From contig MU056000.1 of the NCBI GenBank assembly GCA_013239625.1, forward strand, positions 10,613,175 to 10,677,174: DNA of 64,000 nucleotides, given 5' to 3'. This DNA comes from Lama guanicoe. Its lineage: Eukaryota. Positions 26,549-39,974 of this stretch are shown in pieces; position 1 is the first letter of the stretch, and every line of letters begins with the position of its first letter. The position numbers and the translations under genes are program-made. The notes below the pieces were generated by a model. That model was not told the DNA's origin and did no database searches. It worked only from the letters and a program-made list of their open reading frames with translations.

Positions 26549-28636
26549 TCACTAGTGTCTCCATACAACCCGCTGACTGAATGTCAAGTTTGTGCCACCA
26601 GTGATGCCTCCAGATCCAACACGTGGATCAGCACCGGAGAGGAGCTGCTTTCCTGGCTAGGGGGTGGCGTGGCATTCTGGTAGCACGTTAATGAACTGTC
26701 ACCCTTGCGCTAAGCTCGAGCACGGGGTATTGTGCTGTGGAAGAAATTGAAAAGACTTGGTCCATTGTCCCTCCATTTAGAGGGCCAGGTGTGCTTCAGC
26801 TGATAGAAGATGGGGGACATCTGCACTGACCCTGCGCAAATCACATTCACCACATCACTTGTGTGTCCAGGCATGCATTCACTTCATCCAGTTATTTCAT
26901 TCCAGCCCGTCTGAGGCTCCCTCTGTGCTGAGCACTGTAGGAAGGAAGCCCCAAGGCAGGCTCGGTAGGTGGCATCACACACTGGCCCTGCTTTCCTTCT
27001 GGGGCTCGTGGGGAGATGGGGAGACAGACATGGAACTATGGAGATGCCCTGGACGTGGACGACGCAGGGAGGGCAGGAGCTCCAGTGCCCCCAGGAGGGG
27101 GCTATTCTCTCTGCCCTGGATGCTGTGACGAGGCAAGAAACAGTACCGCAGAAACGGGGGAACCTAATCTGAAATTGATGAATGCTTGGAAGGAAAAAAA
27201 AAAAAACACTAAAAAAAAAGACACCTGATTTATGAAAAGGTGCTAAAAGCAAGGAAACTGCAAAGTTGGCCAGAAGGTATGGCCACTGAGAGCCCAGGGA
27301 GTGTTTTTTTTTTCACCTGATGATTAAATTTGATGAAAGTAATATTCTGCAGCATAGATAAGAAGGAGCGGGGAGGCACTCACCATCAGAGGAGGGCAGG
27401 GAGGGGCAGGGCAAAACCGGCTCGGCAGTTTGGGAAGGCAGAGCCGGATGCTATAATGTTGAAGGAAGAGCTAAGGAGGTGAGGTTAGAGCTCCGGGAGG
27501 ACTGGGGCGGACCCTGCAAGTGACCTCAGTGCTGAAGGGGGGCCACTGTCTTCATGAGGACAGAGCTGGCCCTCAAAAAGGAGGCGGGGAAAGCTTAGGC
27601 CAGGCAGACACCCGGCGAAGGAAGGCTGCCCTCCGGCTGTGGTCCTCTGACCCGAGCACAGACCACAGGCTCTGAGTCTCACCGCCTCCCTACAATCCAG
27701 GCCAATTTCTCTGACTCCAAGACTGGACTCCACGCTCCTCCGTGCTCCAGGATTCCTGCTACGAAGCCCCACCCAGGGCACGAAGGAGGATGGGGCTCAC
27801 CTCGGAGAGGGGGATGAGGCCAGTGGACACTCTTGTCCAGGCGTGTCTTCTACAGATGTCCGCTGCTGGTAGCCACACTCTCCTTCCCGGCAGTGTTAGC
27901 CCACGTGCCCGTGGACTGTGGAACAACTACTGCGGTCAATGAGAATATACTTTACAAACTGTGAAGTGCTCAAAAATGTGCAGTGTGCGCCAGGCAAGGG
28001 AAAGGGCAATGTTCATTTCATTGCATTAAAACTGAGTTCCCCTAAAAAGGAGTTCACCTGAGTTTATGACTAACCTCTCTTTCCAAAACTTTATTCCCTT
28101 TCTTGTCCCCTCTGACCTCGATTCTGTGCTAACCGAACACTAATCAACCAGTCAGATGACTGGAATTGCAGTTGTCCATGACATCTATTGTTATGACTGA
28201 AATTGCTGTCATTAATTTCATATCATTAACGTACATCGGCAAACAGACGTGGGTTCCTCCAGGGCAAGGTGAGCTCACAGGGCCCCAAGCCATGAACCAC
28301 TTGGCCTGAGAATCATAGACCAGAGACATCTGGATCCCTTGAAACTAGGATAAAGAAGTGTTACAAGATGATGATTCATCCCAGCTTCTTTGTTTTTCCC
28401 CTTTAAAAACACCCCCCCCACTCCAAGACCAAGCTGGAGGGCAGCTCGCTTGGTGTCCTGCAATGAGCCCTTCCTTTGCACAAACACCTGCTCTCAAAGT
28501 TTGGCTTTCCGTCCTGCAGGTACACGAGCCCTTGCTCAGTAACAGCATCCTGAAAAAGGAATGTCCACCTCTGCTGAACTGAAAAGAAACAATTGGGTTA
28601 AGGATTTGTTTTCCTCCCCCTTAATTTAAGGTATTT

Positions 28637-28858
28637 NNNNNNNNNNNNNNNNNNNNNNNNNNNNNNNNNNNNNNNNNNNNNNNNNNNNNNNNNNNNNNNN
28701 NNNNNNNNNNNNNNNNNNNNNNNNNNNNNNNNNNNNNNNNNNNNNNNNNNNNNNNNNNNNNNNNNNNNNNNNNNNNNNNNNNNNNNNNNNNNNNNNNNNN
28801 NNNNNNNNNNNNNNNNNNNNNNNNNNNNNNNNNNNNNNNNNNNNNNNNNNNNNNNNNN
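28637..28858. other. Assembly gap (N run)
   Basis: Run of N. Confidence 1.
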
Positions 28859-29231
28859 TATACATAATTAGAGGTATTCCTTTACAATATGGATATGGTC
28901 CAATTACAGAAAATATTTTTACTTCCTTAAATTTTCATCTAAGAGCTTCCTAGTAGCTTGGTTTCTTATTATTAAATGCTGTATTTTGCACTATTTTTCA
29001 AGAAGGTATCAATGGAATGAAGGTACAGATAAGCCTGAATCAATAGATACAGGTAGGTGTTTTTAAATTTTACTCTCACTAGAAAACTTAGCAGTAACAC
29101 CCTTAAAAATAGAATTTGAATGCCACTTAAGGACTAATTAGAAAAGGAAACACAAGATGGAAGCGGCAGGGCCCTTAGAAATTAGTAGGCGAGTTAAGAC
29201 ATGACTGGGTCAAGATAAATTATGGGGCAGG

Positions 29232-29622
29232 TGAAGGAGTAGGAAGCAAACTAACAAACTGACTTCCCTGATGCTAAAACTGCTTGCTGATTCATTCTTT
29301 ACCGAGAATAGCTTTAACCCAGAGTCTATGCTCCAGGAAGGAGATAATGGGCTGATAATCTCAAAAGAATGGACAGACCTTCCCAGACTCATCCAGGTTA
29401 TGTAACACCCTGTGAAACGTCCTGATCATTATCACCTTTTCTGTTCCATCCAGTTTTTCTATAAAGCCCCAAGACCCCACCCGCAAGATGGGTTCACAGT
29501 CTCTAAGGCATGAGTCTGTGACTCCCCTTTGACTGGCAAAGCAATAAAGCAGTTCTTTTTAGATTCTCCCCCAACTCTGCCTCTCTGTCTTTCGGGGTAC
29601 AGAGGCTGGTTTTGCGGCAACA
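29232..29622 (+). mobile_element. ERV1-type solo LTR
   Basis: TGAAGG...GGCAACA termini, TATAAA near 29460, GGCAAAGCAATAAAGC poly(A) signal; imperfect TSD CAGG/TAGG. Confidence 0.75.
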
Positions 29623-31009
29623 TAGGGAGCAGGAATTTTAAAGTCCAGATAGCTACTGATTGTGACTAGCAGAACAAGTATTTCTCTAGCCATAAAGAAA
29701 TCAGAGTTATTTTCCACGTGAGAACACTTAAAACTGCCTTCCAAGTTGCACTGTCTGGGACAGCTCACCACTAGATTACATCGAGTTACAGGCAGTGGCT
29801 TCCCACATCCCATCACCACCCCCAGACCCCCAGCGGTCCTGGGTCCCAGATGCTACAGGAAGCAAGAGTCCCACTGCAGGGGTGTCCAGCCTGACACCCC
29901 TCTGTGCCTTGGTCTCCCACCGTCCACCCAGGAGAACCTGCCCCATCCCACCTGCGAGTTCCACCCCAGGGGATCTGTTTCACGTCCATGATCTCTCTTC
30001 GGACTCTTGTCAGGTTATCTTCCTGGGACTGTGGGACACTCTCATTTATGAGCTCTCAAATGACCATAATCCCAGCTAATGAGGCAGGTGCATCCAGAAG
30101 ACCTTTTGATTTTAAGTTAACCCAGTCTCTAAGGCACGTGGCACAATCTCCTCCCCTCCCAGCCAGCACCACCTTCCCTACATTGTTATTAAAGGTAATT
30201 AGGACGAACACTACTTTTCAACATTACTGCTTTTTCTAACAGCATGGTTTTCTACTCCTCATTGCAAACAGACAATATTTTAATAACATTAGGGGTTGTG
30301 TAACTTTGGTTGAGTGGCCTGGAAACCTAACCACGATTTATAAAATTATTTCTACAGCAAAATGTATTCTAAATGAATTTTATGAATTACAGCCAGCCAG
30401 TAAGCTGCAGACAATACCACAATCCAAACAAACAAACATAAAGCCATAAAAAGGACCACTCTGAGGCTGGTCCACTCCCTGCTGTTTACACAGTAAACAT
30501 TTAATATACAGAGAGTCTGAGAAAAACCTAGGAGCCTCAACCAATTGAATTCCAGATGGCATCTCTCTGCTGTCGCCAGGCACCTGGTCTAACTGTAATA
30601 TTACCCCTAGCACAGCTCCACGATGGTGCAGATAATCTTGCCTCCCCCTACAAGTCCTCCTGTATTCCAATGCCAAATATTCCGAAGTATTTTTGAATTT
30701 TCCAGTCACTATTTCATTAAGGCAAGTGGCTGAGAACTGACTGTATTATAATAAAGCATTTTTCCATTTTGAAGGGGAAAAATGAATATGCATTGTATTT
30801 GCATTTAGGTGAAAATGCAAAGAGCTCCCATTTATGGACAACGTAAATGCAGGTGCCCCTAGGGGAGGGAGCCAGAGGAAGAGAAGGGGAGAAAGAGAAG
30901 CAGTGCTATGCAGGTACCAAATATTTATCGTAGCCCCCACTCCCCCCACCCTTATGCATAAATTTGCCTTCTCCCTCAGGCAAGCAATTTAAAACATTTC
31001 ACTAACTCT

Positions 31010-32312
31010 ATGAGCAAATTAACATGACTGAAGTGGAACTCACTCTCCTCACTCCAAACCAGCTTTTAAAGCTGGGTAACACCATCCTCTGCTTCATCCT
31101 CTCCCACCCCCTCCCATCAAGGACCGAGTCCGTTTGATTCTAGATAGCTTTTCTCTTTAAACTCTCCCTCCCCGCCCCCCAGCCCTAATCCAGGCTGTCT
31201 TCATCTCTCTGGTGGTTGCCACAAGAGCCTCTTAATTGGTTTCCCTGGCCTCTGGTCTCACCTCCCTCTAATTCATTAGCCACAATGAAACCAAACTCTC
31301 TTTCAAATATGCAAATCCAAGCACACCACACTCCCATTCAGAACTCCTCAAAGTTCCCCACTGCCCTTAGGATCAAGGCCAAACTCCTTACGCTGACTGA
31401 CCGGACCCCTCCTGGTCTGAGTTCTGCTCACCCTGCCACCTGCCCCTCCTAGTCTTGCTCTCTGTCTCAAATATACTCAGCATTGTCATTTTCCACCTGG
31501 AACTCTCTTGCTTTCCAGAATAGAGGACACACCATTCTTTTTAGATCTCAGCTCTTAGACTGAACCAAAGCTTCCCTGACCCTTTAAGAAGGGTCAAAGA
31601 TTCCTCCTACAGGATCCCAGAGTAAACACTCTGAAAAATATTGTGAGCCATATCAGTAAACAAAGGATACTGCGGCCATCAAGTCATCAGCCGCTACCAC
31701 CACCTCTGACCATGAGGGAGCGGACGGAATTCAGGATGCAGACAAGCAGGCAGCCCAGCCTCTGCAGCCACCCCCAGTGGTGTGCCTTGAGGGAGCTCAG
31801 GATGGGAAAGAACAGGATACTGGCCCTAAATAGCTAGGTGCACATCAAAGAAATGATTTCATGAGCCCAGACCTTTGCACCTTCCCATACATAGAAAAGC
31901 GCTAAAGTCCTTAATTTGAGACGTCTAGTTTTCTCTAATTAACAGTAATCTGATGTTCTGACTACCTAGTCTTTGTTGCAAAAACTCTTACATATCCTGG
32001 CTTCTCCCTTGCCTGGGCAGAACATCTCTAGAGCAATCTGAGAGGCTGTGTCCTGGGCTCAAGCCTTCAGGAAATCCACCGAATAAAGCATAACTCTCAG
32101 CTTTTAGGTCGTGCTTTTTATTTCAGTTGCCAACACCCTGTTCCTCCTCTGTCTCAGACTCGCACATTCCTTGGTAGGTGCCGGCCTGTCTGCTTGCACT
32201 TCTAGATTAAGCGCTGCACGGGTCAGTCCTTTCTCCTAATCCATCTTTAGTGACTAGCACCGGACAGGCCACAAGGTAGGCATCCAAGAAATGTTGAATG
32301 AACACATTCATG
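31010..32312 (+). mobile_element. L2 LINE 3' region, interrupted by an LTR at 31632-32134
   Basis: AGCCTCTTAATTGGTTTCCCTG..CCCCACTGCCCTTAGGATCAAGGCCAAACTCCTT; after the LTR it resumes with the L2 terminus GTAGGCATCCAAGAAATGTTGAATGAA. Confidence 0.75.
31632..32134 (+). mobile_element. ERV1 LTR, MER41-like
   Basis: CATATCAGTAAACAAAGGAT.., CTGAGAGGCTGTGTCCTGGGCT, GAATAAAGCATAACTCTCAGCTTTTAGGTCGTGC..TTCAGTTGCCAACA. Confidence 0.8.
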
Positions 32313-32677
32313 AAGACCCTCTTCCCTCTGTATTCCAACTTCTCCATTAATAGTGAATCTATCCCCCCTTTAATAGTGAAAACACTCCAAAACAATGCAT
32401 TAAGCACCAGGGGAAGTGGGTCACAACTCTCAACTCATTAAGCAGCTGCCACACTTTGTTTCAAACACCTTGGTGTGTCACTGCCATAACTATCAGTAAC
32501 TTGAGAAAGACCTGGTCCTATCTGCATGTCTAGATTAGAGAGGAAGCCAGTGGTACAAGTAACAACCCGCCCTCCCCCACCCCAAACCCATGTCAAACAG
32601 CAGCCTGTGATTAAGAGAAAATGAAATTAAACCTATCATTTCAAAATGCACATGTTACCTAAATCCTAGCAACTCAA

Positions 32678-32769
32678 TTAAAACCAAAAAAAAAAAAAAA
32701 ACAAAAAAAAAAAAAAAAAACAAAAAAAAAAAAAAAAAACAAAAAACCAAACCAACACACCAACACAAA
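32678..32769 (+). repeat. A-rich compound repeat: long A runs separated by single C
   Basis: Three A tracts of about 15-18 nt separated by C, then short AC-rich units. Confidence 0.9.
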
Positions 32770-34214
32770 GTACTGCTGACACACATGTTGTAAAATCCAA
32801 GTGTTTCCAGCATCTGTCCTCCAGCATGCGTCTGCTTGCCTCAACTCAGCTGGCTCTAGTCTAGTAAGTCTCCTTAATGCAAGTCACAGAATTAATACAA
32901 AGCAAGAAAAGTCAGCTCTAGCCAAGAATGGGTCAAGGTATAGCAGACCGCCTGGCTTGAAGTCTTAGCAATATTGCTTTACATACGGGGCGTACTACAT
33001 ACTTTTCAAAGTTCTTTTGTGTCCAGTCTCTGGGCTGCACTTCCAAAAGAAGGTATGGAAACCCTCTGTACCCATTTAACAGCTGGGAGAGCTCAAGTCC
33101 CCAGAAGTCAAGTTCTTTGCTCAAAGTCATAGAGCCAGCAGGGGCAGGGATGGAGGTCAAGTCCAGGGGGGCCTGTCAGGAGCAGGAGCTCTTTGTCTCA
33201 GCGCTGCTGTGGTCAGCGTGCAGCACTGCTAGAAACTACAGAGGAGAAGCCACGGAAACTCAGTGCACCTCTCAGTAAGCATGAACTATTTCCCCTCTCC
33301 ATCCGCTCTGCCGCTCTCTCCAAGGTGGGCTCGGAATAGCAGGGAGACCAGGTTACATGGAAGAAGCCATGGTCGGTGGGCTAGAAAAGAGAGAACATTC
33401 TCTCTTCCATTGCCCCTAATGATCACTAGCTCCGCATTCCCCTAGAACACAGTCAACACCAAATATTCTCCTGTGAGGCTCTAAGCATGAGGCACGATTC
33501 AGAGGAGCCTGGCTGCTCCGCAAAGGTGCTGATGACACACACAGCTACTCAATCTGTTCATCTTCAAAGTGGGGAAGATGCCCCTCTGACAGCCCATGCC
33601 AGGAGCCCCGGGCAGGACCTGGCAGCTTGGAAGGCCAGTTCATTTCTTCTCCTCTCCCACGTGTTCACGTGGAAAGTTTTGGAAAGCACATTTCTTAAGC
33701 ATCACTGAATTCAGCAGAAAAAGCACCTTTCTCTGCCTCGCAACCTGTAAGGACAGGTGTCCTCCCAGATGTGCGCAGGTAAAACCAACACACCCCTCCT
33801 CCCTGCACTCATGCCTGACCCCAAGTGGAGAGCATATCTGGTCCAAAATGTGCTTCTTGAAAAGAAGGAAAGTCCTGAAAGAGTTTGAAAGTATTACATC
33901 ATGAAAAACGATCTCTCAGCATTAAAGGAAGACTTTAAAAAAAAAAGAAAAAATTTGAAGGAGTTGAGCACCCTGGGGCTTTGAGAGAAATAGACTGTGG
34001 ATTCCAGTGCCAGGAGTCCCAGCATGAGATGGGGGATGTCCGCGGTGGGACAGGGACACACCCGAACATGGCGCCCGCGGGGTGGGCCCGGACAACTTCC
34101 CGCTGGACTGTGGTGTCACACACAGCAGAAGCCTTGAAAAGATGCCCGTGTGCGGGAGAATTTCCAGTATTAATCCAAAGGCTACAAAGATTTCTGAACT
34201 AAAATGGCTCCAGT

Positions 34215-34535
34215 AACTGAACATCTAACCACATTGGATCAGTTGAGTAAATTATGGTACATCCGTGAGAGAGAATGCCATTAATCATCACATTCGAGAT
34301 GAATACTTAAAAATCAAGGGACACTGCCTGTGTCCTTGCATGATGTAACAGCTGGAAAGAGATGACGATGTTTTCAAATACATGCGTGGAAAAGGGATGA
34401 GAAGGATGTGCACTAAAAATAATAAACAGCATTATCTCTAGGCAGTGGGCTTGCAGACAATTCTCATTTTCTTCTTGGTATTTTTATTTATTTTCCTTCC
34501 TTCTATGATAAAAATGGACTAATTAACATTTTTTT
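34215..34535 (+). mobile_element. Ancient L1ME 3' fragment
   Basis: GTAAATTATGGTACATCC...ATTATCTCTAGGCAGTGGG...ATTTTCTTCTT. Confidence 0.6.
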
Positions 34536-34572
34536 TTAAAGAGAGATCCTCTTAAAAAGCCACTGGCTTTCT

Positions 34573-34781
34573 TTCATTTTTTTAAATCCTAACTTTATTT
34601 ATTTATTTATTGCAATGAAGATTTTCTTTTACTTTTTGGGGGAGGTAAACAAAGTTTATTCTAGGAAGAGCAACTCATTGAGAGATAAACCCATTTTAAA
34701 ACTGACATATTTTACTGTTCATTGTTTCTAAGAACAGCTTAGAGCTTTAGCTTTTTAAACTTTCATAGTTATCAAACGAAT
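34573..34781 (-). pseudogene. Short retroposed poly(A)-tailed sequence, probably a 3' UTR retrocopy of unknown origin
   Basis: Flanked by AAAGCCACTGGCTTTCT (34556-34572) and AAAGCCAACTGGCTTTCT (34782-34799); minus-strand AATAAA at 34655-34660, then a degenerate A tail. Confidence 0.6.
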
Positions 34782-34827
34782 AAAGCCAACTGGCTTTCTG
34801 AGTAGCTTATGAAGTTAATGAAAATTC

Positions 34828-35250
34828 TTAAAATGTTGCTAAAACATATATAATACACAATTTATCATTTTAAGCATTTTAAGTGTACAGCTCAGTGGAA
34901 TTAAGTACATTCACAATATTATGCAGCCATCAGCACCGCCCATCTCCAGAACTCTGTCTCCCCAAACTGAAACTCTGCACCCCTTAAACAGTAACCCCCA
35001 CTCCCTCCCTCCCCCAAACCCTGGGAAATGCTATTCCCCTTTCTGTCTCCATGAATTTAGACTGTCACAGGTACTGTATCTGAGTGGAAGCCTCCTTCCA
35101 CACACACAAAAGCATGTTCTTTTGTGTCTGGCTTATTTCACTTAGCATAATGTCCTCCAGGTTCATCTCTGTGTAGCATACGTCATAATTCCATTCTTTT
35201 CTTTAAGGCTGAATAAACAGTCCATCATACGTACGTACCACATGTTGTTA
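34828..35250 (-). mobile_element. L1MB-type 3' end
   Basis: TTTAAGTGTACAGCTCAGTGGAATTAAGTACATTCACA..AAACTGAAACTCTGCACCCCTTAAACA..CTGGCTTATTTCACTTAGCATAATGTCCTC. Confidence 0.9.
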
Positions 35251-35489
35251 TATGAGGCTAGCTTTCCAAACAGATTTTAATTTTTAAATTAAATTTTAAA
35301 GCACGTCTGAAAATCAAAATGATGAGCAGCTCACATCACTGAAGGGTGTATTATCAATTGAAGAATTAAAAACACCAAATCGTACAAAATGAGGGGAGGA
35401 GTTATTTTATACAGAAAGTCAAACTCTCCACCTGCCTTAAATCCACTAAAACCCACAATATTGAGCCATATTTTGCAATGGAAAGGATA

Positions 35490-35790
35490 ACAGTGCTACA
35501 CCCTGTAATGACAATGAGTGGCCTCAAACTCAGTCATCTGGGACCAAATGCATGTCATTTTGTATGAGCAACTAAAAAGGCTTGCTGCAGCACTCAGAAC
35601 AGCGGACGCTTCGGGGAGGGGCGCCAGACACCTCTGGGCTGATGGAAACGCTCCCCATCTTGATTGGGGAGTGGGTTATATACGGGGGTGCAGTTGTCAT
35701 TGGTCAAAACACACAGGCCTGTGCACGTAAGAGCTGTACGCCTCACTGTATATGAATGATACTTTGACGTTTTAAAAAGGAAAGAAAAAC
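35490..35790 (+). mobile_element. L1ME 3' fragment
   Basis: CTCTGGGCTGATGGAAAC..CATCTTGATTGGGG..GGTTATA..GTCAAAAC..CACTGTATATGAA. Confidence 0.65.
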
Positions 35791-36538
35791 AGGTTCACCA
35801 GGCTCCCCCCCCAAAGAAGACATATTAAACCTAAAAGAAATTAGACTAAATAAGAATTTGAGAACAACAAAAGGGGTCCTGCAGCTCAGCTACTGACGCT
35901 CAAAGCCGCGGGGTGCCTTAGGGCCCTTCGGTGGATCTCTCTGGTCCCTGGAACAGAGTTCAAGCTCCTTCCTCCTTGCTGCTGATACACTGGTTCATCT
36001 AGGGAAGCTTGGTAAACACCTGGACTAACTACCAACAATGCCAGGACACCTGCCCAGGTTTGGTAAACAGTCCAAAAGGTGTGCAGCCGAGGTGGCGTTA
36101 ACACCCACAGGTGTGAGCCTCAGCGTGGGAGTAGTGGCGGTCCGCCCTGACCTCACGCGGGGCTCCAGGTGACACAAGGCTGCATCAGAAGAGGAAGGGG
36201 TGAGAACTACCACCCATCCCAAGAGGAAATCAAGGGCTCTGGGAGAGCTTGAGGGAACACAGTTGAATGTCAGGTCTGGAGCTGAGAGGAGACCCTTGAC
36301 TCCCTTATTTTGGATCAAGCTGGCGAGCAAAGGAGTCTTTCCAGTTGCTTCCGTGCTGGACCTGGCTAGAATCGCGGAGGTAAAAGTTATCTCTTTCTTA
36401 CGAAGCGTGGTTATCTGGTTACTCTCTTCTGCACTGTTTGTCCTTATAAAATGTCAAGCTTAGGCCACCCATCGTGGGAGGCCGCGGTGTCCCAGCCACG
36501 GTGAATTTCCTGCCAAACCATTTAAAGCACTCAATTTC

Positions 36539-36570
<32 letters not shown>

Positions 36571-38488
36571 GTAATCTGCTATTTTAGATTCTCCACACTA
36601 CCATTCCGCTCTATTAAAATGCATGACCCAGTGGCCAACAGATCTCCGGGTTGTTTACAGAGCAGCAGTCAAGAGCATACAAACTTCCTATCACCTTAAA
36701 GACAGCTTTGAAAACACAAAACAGCCACACCTAAGCCAAATGGCAGATGAAAAAAATGACAGTCTGGGACTCAAACACTTAAAAACAAACAAACAGAAAC
36801 TGACCAGGGATCCAGACAAGCATACTGATGGGGACTCGTCATCACTGAGTTAAGACACAACAGGAGTGACCCGCTCTTGTCCTGTAGCTGCTCCCGCTGG
36901 ACCACGAACCTTCTCACATCCTGGGAAGATAATGGCCACAAAGCCAACTTCTGCCCCCTCTCCTCCTGGACTCAGCTTGCTCCCTAGAAAAACATCTCCT
37001 TAACCTGCTAGTAAACATCCTGCTTTTCAGCCATTTAATTCTCATTGAATGTCCCAAGAGCCTCACCTCACCCTTCCAGGCGCCTATGAGAGTTCTTATC
37101 CTGGGATTCCCACCTTCACTTTTAACCACCCCCTAGCCTGGAGTCACAGGTCCCCACTGCCAGCCGCAGTCTCCATCCAAGTAGGATGACGACAGGCAAA
37201 CTGGAGCCCGAAAGGCACAGGAAGTGCTTTTCCTGAGAACGTGGGCTTGGAGGTGGATGGGGTGCCCTTGCCTCCTTATGCTCGAGAAGAAGGAACCATA
37301 CACACGGCCCCTCCTCTGACCCTGAGGCTGGGGACAGAGATGAGGACCCATGTCAGTAAGAGAACCATGCACTCACGCCTACAGACCCACCTACAGAAAG
37401 GCAACCTGTCTTAACAGCGCCAGGCATCAGACTCGTGGAAAGCCTCGCCAATACTGTGATCTCAAAATCCCACAAAAACTGTAAAAGCCAGCTAGGACCT
37501 GTGAGCTAACTTAGACCAAAATATACTCCCCACACAAGAAACGAAGCTGGCCCATCTGGCCCCTGGGACCACGTGGCATTTCTTGGATCAGATGTACAAG
37601 CTGTGTCTTGACCACTCATTATCTAGGGGAATAAATACTGCCTTTGCCCTGGCAAATAGTCGTTAGTTTCCTTCCCAAGATGGACTCAGAAAACATTTTT
37701 GGCATGGAGAAGCAACCATATAGAACCAGAAAGCTGCGATGCAGAAGGCTTCAGCTGACTGAGATAACTGTGGTCTTTGTCATTTTAAGCTCATCTGTTC
37801 TCAGCATCGTGAGCAGTATTTGGTTGTTGGAACAGCAGCAGAATGTCCCCCAAACCATGGAAACAGCAGAAAGAAAAGAAAACAAAACCCAAACCTGGGG
37901 TTTGTATGGCTTGATAGGAAGTCTGCTAATTTCTTTATCTTGTGGCTCTATTCTCATCTTTGCAGATGGCTGCTATCTGCTTTGGTGACAGGAGTGTGCA
38001 GAGAGATAGAGAGATCGAGGCAGGGAGTGACAACCACCCGATGAGAACAACCTCTACACAGCTCACTGATTTATCACCATGACCAGACCCACCGCGTTAC
38101 TGCCATTATCTGAGCACCTTGCCACGTGTCATCACAACAGCACTGGACAGGGAGGCATTCTGCTCTGTGATGCTCTGACTGCAAAAGTGTTCCACGTAGG
38201 TTTTCTTAACAAGGACCTAACCGGAGAGCAGGGGACGTGTCAAGTCAGGCAATACTTGCCTAAGTCACAGATCACTTACCTGAAATTGACTCGAGAATCT
38301 CCTTAGGACAGAAACAAAATTAGGGCAGGGCAGAGCAGGAGAGCTAAGTGTCCCAAAGTGTAAATGCTTTTTTCCCCGGGGAGGCCTCCAAAATTATTTT
38401 TTCTTCATTTTTCCATGGAATCTTAATGAATTTTAGTTTCTCGGGCCGAGAGCAGGTTCAAAGCAGAAAACTAAAAAGCAAGTATTCA

Positions 38489-38811
38489 TTCTGTATATTT
38501 TGTGTTTGCATTTTGTGTTTGCGTCTAATCCTAAACTCCCAATTTACCTCCCCCTGTCACCTTTCTCCTTTGGTAACCATAAATTTGCTTTCTATGGCTG
38601 TGAGTCTCTGTTTTGTAAATAAGTTCATTTGTGTCTTTTTTTTCTGATTCCACATATAAGTGATATATCATCCACTGTATATAGCACAGAGAAATATATT
38701 CAACAACTTGTAATAATCTGTCATAAAAAATATGAAAAATAATACATGTATAACTGAATATGCTGTACACCAGAAACTAACACAACATTGTGAATCAACT
38801 ATACTTCAATA
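38489..38811. mobile_element. 5'-inverted (twin-primed) L1 insertion
   Basis: 38489 to about 38670 is L1 3' UTR in antisense, and about 38671-38811 is the sense L1 terminus. Exact 16-bp TSD AAAAAGCAAGTATTCA (38473-38488 and 38812-38827). Confidence 0.9.
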
Positions 38812-39974
38812 AAAAAGCAAGTATTCAACACATATTAGCTATTTTTATTAATAATTATTTTATTGTTTTTATTTTACCAGTTAGTGCCCAACTCTTTAAG
38901 TATTTTGAATATCACCTGTCAGTGGATATCCTGTCAGCCGATCATCCAACACAACATTCACAAGCCACCAAAAAATGTCCGTCGCTTTTTGTATATAGTA
39001 TTTATTCAATAAGGTAGAGAAATGTGCAATATAGATTTCTAGCAACAATAATCTTGTACTGAATAAAGAAAAAGAAAACCAGTGATCTGCATTTTAAAGG
39101 GTGAGCTTCAGTTATCAAGAAAATGCACTCACAGAGGTAGCCCATCTCCAGGAAATGCTGCACAAAACAGGATTTTCTGTGTTTCTGTTGCATCTCCACA
39201 TCAACTAATAAAGCCACAGGTATTAAAAAAATACCAGATTGATTTCTTAAAACGGACACATGACACAAGGCACTTCTGGTATGAGTTTAACGAGGTCTAT
39301 TTATTCCAGCTCACATAGGACATTAAAAGGATGATTTCCCATCCGTGCTCTCTTGCTCTTCCATCCCAACAAAACCTGCCCTGCTGCCCCAGGTCACACA
39401 AGGTAGAGCAAAATGACTGGGAAGCCAATTCCTGGCCACTAACATAAAATTGGGCTCATGACATCAAAAAAGGGAGATGGTACCGTGAATAGACACTCCT
39501 TGGTACACTTTTAAAACCACTTTTAAAGGATTTGATGTATTATGAGAAAGAGATTCAGCTACCGTCTCATGGTATGAAGGATCCGATTATCTTCAGAAGG
39601 ATGTGCTTGGGAAGAAGTCTGACAAAGTAGCAGTTAGGTTGGTCACTGAACCACCTCAATAAATAAATGTGTCAAGAAACAAACCGCTCAATTATACCTT
39701 TGTGGCTCTAGAAATAATCTACTCACATAAGTGCAGTGAGAGGTACTTTAAACGCAGGTGTACATCTAAAGAAAACTGGGAAACACAGTGGAGAAATGAG
39801 TATCAATTGGACTAAGGAGGTCACAGTGCCCTTCACTAAATATGGACTGCCAGTGACCTCATCTCCTGTGCATGAATGAGAAATGGAAATAGGCACCAAG
39901 TTATGCCAGGCACAAAGCCCAAGGCAGCCAGAGAGAACGCATGATCTACTTACTGCACAAAGATGCTCTGTGAA

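Noticed and set aside
28626-28865. 79-aa ORF
   Set aside because: Artefact of the N run.
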